From a virus (Duplodnaviria > Caudoviricetes), in IMG/VR virus record IMGVR_UViG_3300025708_000007, positions 26,968 to 90,967 of that record: a DNA stretch of 64,000 nucleotides. One strand, given 5' to 3'. Of this stretch, positions 27,988 to 35,793 are shown one piece after another; positions within the stretch are counted from its first letter, which is position 1, and each line of letters opens with the position of its first letter. Below the pieces are notes generated by a model. It searched no databases and had not been told where the DNA came from. It was given only the letters and a program-made list of their open reading frames with translations. The position numbers and the translations under genes are program-made.

Positions 27988-28077
27988 ATGATGACTATTT
28001 TTGGAACATATTATTACGGTAAAAAATCTTATAAGAAACAACTTATAGGAATCGGGAATACTATGTCCAAAAATTAA
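27988..28077 (+). CDS. Leader peptide C, MMTIFGTYYYGKKSYKKQLIGIGNTMSKN (putative attenuator)
   Basis: YYYGKKSYKK run precedes a cluster containing only Tyr and Lys tRNAs. Confidence 0.82.
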   Translation: MMTIFGTYYYGKKSYKKQLIGIGNTMSKN

Positions 28078-28105
28078 ATGGTTTTGATTTTAATCTGACA
28101 TGAAC

Positions 28106-28134
28106 AACCCGATTCCGAAAGAGTCGGGTTTTTT
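28106..28134 (+). terminator. Attenuator terminator C
   Basis: AACCCGATTC / GAGTCGGGTT plus T run; CCCGATTCC also pairs perfectly with GGAATCGGG (28048-56). Confidence 0.85.
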
Positions 28135-28146
28135 ATTTTGTATATT

Positions 28147-28228
28147 CGGCAGAATGGTAAGTGGGTGAAATCACAGGTCTGTAAAACCTTCGCCATTGGC
28201 TATGGGGGTTCGAATCCCTCTCTGCCGA
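28147..28228 (+). tRNA. tRNA-Tyr(GTA) with apparent C1:G72
   Basis: AGGT CT GTA AA ACCT; long variable arm. Confidence 0.8.
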
Positions 28229-28277
28229 CTGAAAGAGTTTAGGCATTTTCTGTATCGCTGACTGAAATATCCAAATT

Positions 28278-28351
28278 GACTTCGTATCCGTAGTGGCTTT
28301 CGGACTTGACTCTTAATCAAGGATACGTGGGTTCGAATCCCACCGAGGTCA
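28278..28351 (+). tRNA. tRNA-Lys(CTT)
   Basis: CTTGA CT CTT AA TCAAG. Confidence 0.88.
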
Positions 28352-28356
28352 CAAAT

Positions 28357-28439
28357 GGGAGTGCGCTATCGTTGGAGAGATAGGCTTGTCTGTAAAACAA
28401 GTGCCATTGGCTGAGTTGGTTCGAATCCTATCGCTCCCA
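28357..28439 (+). tRNA. tRNA-Tyr(GTA)
   Basis: CTTGT CT GTA AA ACAAG. Confidence 0.85.
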
Positions 28440-28446
28440 CAAATTT

Positions 28447-28519
28447 GCGCTTGTAACTCAGTTGGTAGAGTAACGGACCTTTAATCCGTGAGTCGTGGGT
28501 TCGACCCCCACCGGGCGCA
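28447..28519 (+). tRNA. tRNA-Lys(TTT) with non-canonical C33
   Basis: ACGGA CC TTT AA TCCGT. Confidence 0.85.
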
Positions 28520-28526
28520 CAAATAT

Positions 28527-28600
28527 TCTCCTATAGCAAACAGGATGTATTGCCCCGCTCTTTTAAAGCGGTGGGTCTGGTTCGATTCCAGATAGGAGAA
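28527..28600 (+). tRNA. tRNA-Lys(TTT)
   Basis: CCGCT CT TTT AA AGCGG. Confidence 0.8.
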
Positions 28601-28688
28601 CAGACAAGCATTGTGTTCATACTAACATTTAATTAATGAATATAATGCTTTTTCGTTTTGCAATGTATTTATCATAAAAGTATTTTTT

Positions 28689-29333
28689 ATGTATCATTGC
28701 AATAAATGTGATAAAAACTTCGAAAATCGGTATTCTTATATAGCACATTGCCGAATTCATTCCAATTATGTAAGACCCAAAAATCCAAATTCAAGACGAA
28801 ATAAACCACCCAAAACAATATGTATATATTGTGGTAAAACTTTTCAGAATGGACGTAGTTTAGGTGGACACATGACCCATTGCGAATTAAATCCAAATCA
28901 TAATCTTATTTTACAAAACATGTCCAAAGCAAGTCCAAAACGAAAATGGTCAGAAGAAGATAAAAAGAAAATTAGTAGAAGAATGATTGAATTTTTAATG
29001 AAAAATCCAGACAAAGTACCATATAAATTAAATCATTCAAGTAAAATGAGTTATCCTGAAAGAGTATTTGAAAATGCATTAAAATCAGCAAATATTTCAG
29101 GTTGGACATACAATTACCAAAATGGAATTTATTCATATGACTTTGCGTTTCCAGTTTTGAAAATAGATGTGGAAATTGATGGAAATACACATATCCAAGA
29201 AAAGGTGAGAAATATTGATAAACGCAGGGATAAATTTAGTACCAATAATGGTTGGATTGTAATTCGTTTTACCGCAAATGAAATTAAAGAAGATGTTTTG
29301 AAATGTATAAATACATTAAAAACATTTCTTTAA
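28689..29333 (+). CDS. C2H2 zinc-finger plus DUF559/Vsr-like endonuclease
   Basis: CNKC..H...H; YDFAFPVLKIDVEIDGNTH; GWIVIRF. Confidence 0.8.
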   Translation: MYHCNKCDKNFENRYSYIAHCRIHSNYVRPKNPNSRRNKPPKTICIYCGKTFQNGRSLGGHMTHCELNPNHNLILQNMSKASPKRKWSEEDKKKISRRMIEFLMKNPDKVPYKLNHSSKMSYPERVFENALKSANISGWTYNYQNGIYSYDFAFPVLKIDVEIDGNTHIQEKVRNIDKRRDKFSTNNGWIVIRFTANEIKEDVLKCINTLKTFL

Positions 29334-29445
29334 GTATTTATATTCCCCATTGTTTTTATTTAGTCTAAATAAAAATAACTTGCATTTTTAAATAAAAGAT
29401 GTTATATTTGGGGAAAATAACTTTTAAGTTTAAGTATTATGAAGC

Positions 29446-30270
29446 ATGACTAAAAAGAAAAAAGTAACGACAACCGTTACGACTACCGTTACTGAAGAAA
29501 TAATTTCTTCGAACGAAAAAACTCAAATTATCTGTATTCTTGACCGTTCTGGCTCTATGTCAGAGAACGGTGTAATTTATGAAGCAATCAATGGCTTCAA
29601 CGAGTTCCTTAAAAAACAAAGGGAGCTAAAAGACAAAGCAACACTCACTGTTGCACTATTCGATGACCAATATCAGTTACTTTATGATGATGTTGACGTA
29701 AAAGATGTTCCAGACATCACATACGACACTTGGACACCAAGAGGGATGACAGCATTGCTTGATGCAATTGGTAAAACAATCAACGCTGTAAAGGCAAACC
29801 GTATTAAATTAGGCTCAGAAAAACCCGATAAAGTATTGGTTTGCATTGTTACTGACGGCAAAGAAAATGCAAGTCAGGAATATGTTGCAAGACAAGGCAA
29901 TAAAGGCGATGTGATAAAAAAACTTATTAAAGAATGTGAAAATGAAGGCTGGAATTTCATTTATCTTGCTGCAAATCAGGACGCATTTGATGTTGGCAGC
30001 ACATTTGGTGTAAGTTATGGAAATACCTACAATTTTGCTGCAACTGCTGCTGGCGCATCTGCAATGAGCATGACGTTAAATAACGCTACTGTATCATACA
30101 GAAGCATGAGCACACAAGACGCTGGCTATCAGAAAAAAGCAAAAAATCTTATTGCTGATTTAGGCGAACAGGATGAAAAAGATGACTCACAAGATAGTGA
30201 TAATAATACTGTAACTGGTACGGCTACAGGTAATGTTACTTTTGATGTAAATAATATGTCACACACATAA
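29446..30270 (+). CDS. von Willebrand factor A domain protein
   Basis: ILDRSGSM MIDAS; TALLDAIG; VTDGKENAS. Confidence 0.88.
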   Translation: MTKKKKVTTTVTTTVTEEIISSNEKTQIICILDRSGSMSENGVIYEAINGFNEFLKKQRELKDKATLTVALFDDQYQLLYDDVDVKDVPDITYDTWTPRGMTALLDAIGKTINAVKANRIKLGSEKPDKVLVCIVTDGKENASQEYVARQGNKGDVIKKLIKECENEGWNFIYLAANQDAFDVGSTFGVSYGNTYNFAATAAGASAMSMTLNNATVSYRSMSTQDAGYQKKAKNLIADLGEQDEKDDSQDSDNNTVTGTATGNVTFDVNNMSHT

Positions 30271-30307
30271 TTATTTTTCTGTTTTTTTTCGTATCTATTT
30301 CCGTTTT

Positions 30308-30335
30308 AAAGGGTGTTTTCCGACACCCTTTTTTT
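30308..30335 (+). terminator. Intrinsic terminator
   Basis: AAAGGGTGT / ACACCCTTT plus T run. Confidence 0.7.
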
Positions 30336-30479
30336 GTTAAAAGTTTCAGCCATAGTGGATTAAAAAAACGTGAAAAATTTTTTTAAAAATAATTGTGAAA
30401 TGTCAAGAATCCCTTGTATTTATGGTTGCCTTTGCATATATTTGCAAACATAAAATTTCATAAAAAATTATAAAAAATT

Positions 30480-33047
30480 ATGACAGAAAAATCGCAAAAA
30501 ATTTATTCAAAACAGGAAATAGAAAAATCAACATTACAGTATTTTAAGGGTGACGAACTGGCAACAAAAGTCTGGCTTACAAAATACTGCTTAAAGGACG
30601 AAAAAAACTATTACGAATTAAACCCGGATGAGATGCACAGAAGACTTGCCAAAGAACTCGCAAGAATCGAAGCAAAATATCCAAACCCTCTCACAGAAGA
30701 ACAAATTTATGAAACATTAAAAAATTTCAATAGAATTGTACCACAAGGGTCTCCAATGTCAGGTATTGGCAATGATTTCCAAGTGGTATCTTTATCCAAT
30801 TGTTTCGTTATTGGTAATAAGGGTGAATCAGATTCCTATGGTGGAATATTAAAAATAGACCAAGAACAAATACAATTAATGAAACGCAGAGGCGGTGTCG
30901 GACACGATTTGTCCCACATTCGTCCAAAAGGAAGTCCGGTGAAAAATAGTGCAATTACCAGTACGGGTGTTGTACCTTTCATGGAAAGATATTCAAATAG
31001 CACAAGAGAAGTCGCACAAGACGGTAGACGTGGCGCACTTATGCTTAGTATTTCAATAAAACATCCAGATTCCGAAGCATTTATTGATGCAAAAATGACA
31101 CCGGGAAAAATAACTGGCGCAAACGTATCGGTAAAAATTGATAATGATTTCATGGAGTGTGCAATGCAAGGGACTACATACACTCAAATGTTTCCTACAA
31201 AGGGACATCCAAAAATGATTAAAGATATTGATGCGCAAAAACTTTGGAAAAAAATTATTCACAATGCTTGGAAATCTGCCGAACCGGGAATACTTTTCTG
31301 GGATAAGATTATGGAAGAAAGTGTTCCAGATTGTTATGCTGATGAAGGATTCACAACCGTAAGCACAAATCCTTGTGGCGAAATTCCACTATGTCCATAC
31401 GATAGTTGTCGATTGTTAGCAATTAATTTGTTTGGATATATTAAAAATCCTTTCACCAAGGAAGCAGAATTTGATTGGGATTTGTTTGAAAAAGATGTCA
31501 TTATTGCTATGAGATATATGGATGACATCATTGACTTGGAAGTTGAAAAAATTGATGCAATTCTTGAAAAAATCAAGTCTGACCCCGAAGATGAATTTCT
31601 TAAATTAACTGAAATCAACCTTTGGAATAATATCAAGGAAATGACGCTTAAAGGTAGAAGAACCGGACTTGGTGTAACTGCTGAAGGTGACATGCTTGCA
31701 GCTTTGAATTTACGTTATGGAACTGATGAAGCAACAGATTTTAGTGAAAAAGTACATAGAACATTAAAATTAAAAGCATATCGTTCAAGTGTTATTATGG
31801 CAGAAGAACGTGGCGCATTCTCCGTTTGGAATGGCGAACGTGAAACAAAAAATCCTTTCATTCTTAGAATAGCTGCTGAAGACCCAGAATTGTTTGAAGA
31901 TATGATGAAATATGGACGTAGAAATATTTCATTACTCACAATTGCACCAACTGGTACTGTTTCAATCATGACACAAACAACTTCGGGTATTGAACCAGCA
32001 TTTGAAGTGTTTTACAAACGTAGACGTAAAATTAATCCACAGGAAAAAGATGTTCGCATTGATTTTGTTGATGAAGAAGGAATTGCGTGGACTGAATATC
32101 CAGTCTTTCACCATAAATTCGAAACATGGCTTGAATTGAATGGATATGACGTTAATGTTGTAAGAACAATGGATAATGCGCAACTCGATGAAGTTGTGAA
32201 AAAATCGCCATATTATAAAGCAACGGCAAATGATGTCGATTGGTTAAAAAAGGTTGAAATGCAGGGTCGTTTACAAAGACACGTAGACCACTCAATTTCA
32301 GTGACAGTCAATCTCCCAAGTGACATTACTGAAGAAATGGTGGCAAAAGTTTATGAAACCGCATGGAAATCTGGCTGTAAGGGTTGTACTGTCTATCGTG
32401 ATGGTTCACGCAGTGGTGTGTTAATCACTGAAGAAAAGAAAACAAAAGAAAGTGAATTTCATGATACGCATGCGCCAAAACGTCCTAAGAGATTAAAAGG
32501 TGAAATTCATCGTTTTCAAAACAGTCTTGAAAAATGGATTGCAGTTGTTGGATTAAAAGACGGCAGACCATATGAAATTTTCACAGGTAAAAATGAAAAC
32601 GGCTTGAGTTATCTGCCAAACAATTTAAAAGAATGTGAAATTGTTAAGCAAATCTTTGAAGTTGAAGAACCAGATGAAAATGGTAAATTGGTTAAAGTCA
32701 GAAAAAAAAGATATGACATTGAATATATTGACGCTAATGGCGAAAGACAAGTACATACTGGCTTAAATCATGCATTCAATCCTGAATTCTGGAACTATGC
32801 AAAATTCATATCTGCAGTTCTCAGGCATGGAATGCCACTTCTTTATACGTGGGAATTAATTGATTCATTGAACTTTAAAGAAGACTATATCAACACTTGG
32901 AAAAATGGTGTTGCTCGTGTGATAAAGAAATACATTAAAGATGGTATTGAAGTAAATAAAAAATGCCCGAATTGTGGTAGTGACCATTTGGAATTTAAAG
33001 AAGGTTGCCTCACATGTATGGCATGTGGAAACAGTAAATGCGGTTAA
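30480..33047 (+). CDS. nrdJ: Class II (adenosylcobalamin-dependent) ribonucleotide reductase
   Basis: TNPCGE, RRGGVG, TIAPTG, GCKGCTVYRDGS and C-terminal CPNC...CMAC. Confidence 0.92.
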   Translation: MTEKSQKIYSKQEIEKSTLQYFKGDELATKVWLTKYCLKDEKNYYELNPDEMHRRLAKELARIEAKYPNPLTEEQIYETLKNFNRIVPQGSPMSGIGNDFQVVSLSNCFVIGNKGESDSYGGILKIDQEQIQLMKRRGGVGHDLSHIRPKGSPVKNSAITSTGVVPFMERYSNSTREVAQDGRRGALMLSISIKHPDSEAFIDAKMTPGKITGANVSVKIDNDFMECAMQGTTYTQMFPTKGHPKMIKDIDAQKLWKKIIHNAWKSAEPGILFWDKIMEESVPDCYADEGFTTVSTNPCGEIPLCPYDSCRLLAINLFGYIKNPFTKEAEFDWDLFEKDVIIAMRYMDDIIDLEVEKIDAILEKIKSDPEDEFLKLTEINLWNNIKEMTLKGRRTGLGVTAEGDMLAALNLRYGTDEATDFSEKVHRTLKLKAYRSSVIMAEERGAFSVWNGERETKNPFILRIAAEDPELFEDMMKYGRRNISLLTIAPTGTVSIMTQTTSGIEPAFEVFYKRRRKINPQEKDVRIDFVDEEGIAWTEYPVFHHKFETWLELNGYDVNVVRTMDNAQLDEVVKKSPYYKATANDVDWLKKVEMQGRLQRHVDHSISVTVNLPSDITEEMVAKVYETAWKSGCKGCTVYRDGSRSGVLITEEKKTKESEFHDTHAPKRPKRLKGEIHRFQNSLEKWIAVVGLKDGRPYEIFTGKNENGLSYLPNNLKECEIVKQIFEVEEPDENGKLVKVRKKRYDIEYIDANGERQVHTGLNHAFNPEFWNYAKFISAVLRHGMPLLYTWELIDSLNFKEDYINTWKNGVARVIKKYIKDGIEVNKKCPNCGSDHLEFKEGCLTCMACGNSKCG

Positions 33048-33048
33048 T

Positions 33049-33231
33049 ATGATAATATTGGAAAACAAAATTATTGGTGAAAAGTACGTTGCAGGATATT
33101 ACCTGACAATGGAAGATTTAAAAAGGCTTGTAAGAGATTTTCAAGCAGATTGTCACGATGGATTCATAAGTAATGATGAAGCATATCTTGAACAGTGGCT
33201 TAAAAAGCACGAACGAATCGAAAAAAAATAA
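33049..33231 (+). CDS. Hypothetical protein
   Basis: 60-aa ORF after nrdJ. Confidence 0.55.
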   Translation: MIILENKIIGEKYVAGYYLTMEDLKRLVRDFQADCHDGFISNDEAYLEQWLKKHERIEKK

Positions 33232-33233
33232 GC

Positions 33234-33269
33234 AAAAACCCCGGAAAGCCAGTATTTTCGGGGTTTTTT
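33234..33269 (+). terminator. Intrinsic terminator
   Basis: AAAACCCCGGAAA / TTTTCGGGGTTTT. Confidence 0.7.
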
Positions 33270-33308
33270 ATTGTTTGTTGTAGTATTTATTATAAAAAAT
33301 TATAAATC

Positions 33309-33524
33309 ATGGAAACTGTGTTAACAATATTGTTACTTTACATATTGGGAGTGACAATTTATACTATCTTGGTAAGAAAAAGTCCAACAAATAAACATGT
33401 GCCGAACTTTAATTATAAGTCAACAATAATTGATGGAATGAAAGGGATGGCTATTGGTTTTGCAGTTGTCGGTGCATTATATTTTATCTTAGGACAAATT
33501 TTAACTTGGGTTCATATACATTGA
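33309..33524 (+). CDS. Small membrane protein
   Basis: Two hydrophobic segments. Confidence 0.55.
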   Translation: METVLTILLLYILGVTIYTILVRKSPTNKHVPNFNYKSTIIDGMKGMAIGFAVVGALYFILGQILTWVHIH

Positions 33525-33579
33525 ATATTAACGAGTTAGATTTTTTCTGTAAAAAAAATGAAAAAAATATTGAAAATAA

Positions 33580-33610
33580 TTTGGTATTTATGAAACATTT
33601 TATACCTTTG
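33580..33610 (+). promoter_or_regulatory. Bacteroidota-type promoter of tRNA operon D
   Basis: TTTG, 19 nt, TACCTTTG. Confidence 0.8.
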
Positions 33611-33679
33611 CATCGTATTTAGGTAAAAATGAGTTTATGAAAAAACCTTTTTATTATTAAAAACAAAAAAAATAAAACA

Positions 33680-33814
33680 ATGAAACGAATAGCGTACATA
33701 TTAGTATCGAGTCTAACGACAACCAGTCGTATTGGAGAAGGTACATTTTGCTCAGATTTCGGCAGAAATAATATTGCGGATACGGGTTCAGGTTTTATTG
33801 ACTTAAAAAGATAA
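33680..33814 (+). CDS. Leader peptide D, MKRIAYILVSSLTTTSRIGEGTFCSDFGRNNIADTGSGFIDLKR (putative attenuator)
   Basis: 30 of 44 residues are S/T/G/I/R/F/N/C, matching the downstream tRNAs. Confidence 0.8.
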   Translation: MKRIAYILVSSLTTTSRIGEGTFCSDFGRNNIADTGSGFIDLKR

Positions 33815-33847
33815 GTAGGTAGTAAAATAAAACTGAAATAAAATCAG

Positions 33848-33879
33848 AACCCGGAATCCAAAAAAGTTCCGGGTTTTTT
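33848..33879 (+). terminator. Attenuator terminator D
   Basis: AACCCGGAAT / GTTCCGGGTT plus T run; alternative pairing with 33778-33799. Confidence 0.85.
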
Positions 33880-33904
33880 GTTTTTAATGCGTTCTTTACA
33901 TATT

Positions 33905-33976
33905 GCCAAGTTAGTTTAACGGATAGAATCTCTGTGTGGTATTCAGGGGATACAAGTTCGATTCTTGTACTTGGCT
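33905..33976 (+). tRNA. tRNA-Thr(GGT)
   Basis: GCCAAGT / ACTTGGC; loop GT GGT AT. Confidence 0.75.
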
Positions 33977-34044
33977 CAAAAATATAAGTCTTACAGCTTA
34001 TAAACACCGAATATAAGGTTTATGTCTTATATTTACCGTAAGAT

Positions 34045-34062
34045 GTTCTTTGACATGCTGGA
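34045..34062 (+). promoter_or_regulatory. boxA-like element
   Basis: GTTCTTTGACATGCTGGA, identical to 12409-26. Confidence 0.6.
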
Positions 34063-34068
34063 TTACCT

Positions 34069-34153
34069 GTCGGGTTGCCTGAGTGGTTGAAAGGGGCGGT
34101 CTGCAAAACCGTTTGCTTAATTGCACACGTGGGTTCGAATCCCACATCCGACT
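34069..34153 (+). tRNA. tRNA-Cys(GCA) with long variable arm
   Basis: GCGGT CT GCA AA ACCGT; U73; TGC TTAATT GCA arm. Confidence 0.85.
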
Positions 34154-34243
34154 CTACGGTTCAACAAACTAATGGCGTTGAATTTTATACGCATGCATGC
34201 CAATACGTATGAAAGGAAGGGTGAAACCCCCTTCACTGCACTT

Positions 34244-34329
34244 GTTCGGGTTGCTTTAGTTGGTCGAAAAGTCCTGCCTGTTAAGCAGACGGAGAAATCC
34301 CACCGCAGGTTCGAATCCTGCCCCGAACG
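34244..34329 (+). tRNA. tRNA-Asn(GTT) with long variable arm
   Basis: CTGC CT GTT AA GCAG; G73. Confidence 0.8.
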
Positions 34330-34392
34330 CAAATCTTTTTCATACTTTCGACTATTTATTATAAATAATGAGATAATTAATTAATCGAAAGT

Positions 34393-34986
34393 ATGAAAAC
34401 AAAAGATAGTGTAATTAAACTAAGACTTTCTGGAAAAAGTTATGGCGAAATAAGTAAAATGCTGAACATTTCTAAACCCACAGTATCCTACCATTGTATA
34501 AATGCCGGATTGAATGAACCAATTGATGGTCGTAAAATATTGAATGAGGCTGAGAAAATTGAACTTAATGAATATTATAAATCACATACTATTTTCGAAA
34601 CAGCAGAAAAATTTAAGATATCAAGAACAACTGTTCTTGCAAACACTGAAAATAAGAGACTGGTATTGTGTGAAATTGAAAAAAGAAAAAGAAATTATGA
34701 AAAGGTAAAAAATAGGCGACAACGGCTTAAAGAGATGGGTGTTGAATATTTAGGTGGAAAATGTATGAAATGTGGGTATGATAAATGTATTGCTGCGTTA
34801 GAATTTCACCATAGAAACCCAGAAGAAAAAGAATTTGGAATATCACGTTATCAAAATTTGAGTTGGTCAAGAATTATTGTTGAATTAGATAAATGTGATT
34901 TACTGTGTTCTAATTGTCATAAAGAATTACATTATGAGGAACATTGGGATGTATCACCTCTGCCTGATAAGCAGTCGAAAGTGTAG
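34393..34986 (+). CDS. HTH plus HNH endonuclease
   Basis: GGKCMKCGY...LEFHH...ELDKCDLLCSNCHKELH. Confidence 0.85.
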   Translation: MKTKDSVIKLRLSGKSYGEISKMLNISKPTVSYHCINAGLNEPIDGRKILNEAEKIELNEYYKSHTIFETAEKFKISRTTVLANTENKRLVLCEIEKRKRNYEKVKNRRQRLKEMGVEYLGGKCMKCGYDKCIAALEFHHRNPEEKEFGISRYQNLSWSRIIVELDKCDLLCSNCHKELHYEEHWDVSPLPDKQSKV

Positions 34987-35022
34987 TTTGGTTGCACGTG
35001 GGTTCAAATCCCACCTTCCCAA
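34945..35022 (+). tRNA. D-armless tRNA-Ile(GAT)-like RNA overlapping the HNH 3' end
   Basis: TGGGATG / CTTCCCA; CTGC CT GAT AA GCAG; 6-bp hairpin in the variable position. Confidence 0.5.
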
Positions 35023-35065
35023 CAAACCTTGACGAAGGTTTAACGTTGCAACGTTGAAATGGCTA

Positions 35066-35137
35066 CCTGTGGTTAGCATAGCTGGCAATGCTGCCCCCTG
35101 AAATGGGTGAAGGTGAGTTCAAGTCTCACACGCAGGA
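35066..35137 (+). tRNA. Atypical tRNA, probable Phe(GAA)
   Basis: GCAT/ATGC D stem; CCC CT GAA AT GGG; bulged acceptor stem. Confidence 0.5.
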
Positions 35138-35148
35138 GTCATTTATTT

Positions 35149-35233
35149 GGAGAAGTGTCCGAGTGGTTTATGGTGGCAGTCTTGAAAACTGCTGGATGTA
35201 ACAGTCCCGTGGGTTCGAATCCTACCTTCTCCG
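35149..35233 (+). tRNA. tRNA-Ser(TGA)
   Basis: GCAGT CT TGA AA ACTGC; long variable arm; G73. Confidence 0.92.
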
Positions 35234-35307
35234 CAAAGTCGTGTGCATTGGACTATCATCACACGATTTTCACATCAAAAAGGAGTCATGACCCGGTTTG
35301 ATGTCAG

Positions 35308-35462
35308 GGTTCTGGGTTGCATAAGAGGCTGCCCTGATGTTCAGTGGCGAAATCATGTACTCGCATTTGGCAGTGCGAATAGTACACGATAAGTAGTTGA
35401 GAGACATCCAAGTTAGTTGAAATACTTTCGGGGGACGTGAGTATGAGGCTCACACCAGAACC
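35308..35462 (+). ncRNA. Unassigned ~155-nt structured RNA
   Basis: GGTTCTGG / CCAGAACC closure; long internal hairpin TGTACT-TCGCA / TGCGA-AGTACA. Confidence 0.5.
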
Positions 35463-35467
35463 AAAAT

Positions 35468-35539
35468 GGAGCGGTAACTCAATGGTAGAGTGTCTGCCTG
35501 AAGAGCAGATGGTTGCAGGTTCAAGTCCTGCCCGTTCCA
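35468..35539 (+). tRNA. tRNA-Phe(GAA)
   Basis: TCTGC CT GAA GA GCAGA. Confidence 0.88.
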
Positions 35540-35545
35540 CCGAAA

Positions 35546-35585
35546 CGGTTCGCACTACACGATATGGAGAGTAGGAAGTGCAAAT
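35546..35585 (+). repeat. Inter-tRNA hairpin repeat, copy 1 of 3
   Basis: CGGTTCGCACTACACG-Nx-AGGAAGTGCAAA; also at 35754-35792 and 36119-36151. Confidence 0.8.
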
Positions 35586-35747
35586 GGGGAGATAGGGTTA
35601 TTTGGTAGACTCGTCAGTGTGAAAACTGAACTACGAAAGTAGGTAGTCCTCATGAGGGTTGTTGTTAACGTGCGCACAATTCTAACAACGCTTCCACTGA
35701 ATGTGAGTAATGACGAGAGGTTGGTGGTTCAAATCCATCTCTCCCCA
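35586..35747 (+). ncRNA. 162-nt tRNA-like RNA with a 94-nt insert at the anticodon
   Basis: GGGGAGA / TCTCCCC-A; D loop TGGTAG; CTCGTCA / TGACGAG; T arm. Confidence 0.65.
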
Positions 35748-35793
35748 CCGCAACGGTTCGCACTACACGGTGATTAACGAGGAAGTGCAAAAT

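Noticed and set aside
35333-35356. Hammerhead ribozyme core (CTGATGT...GAAA)
   Set aside because: The invariant CUGANGA is broken and no stem I/III with a GUH cleavage site could be built.
35617-35710. Group I intron in the tRNA-like gene
   Set aside because: 94 nt is too short and no P7 or G-binding core is recognisable.
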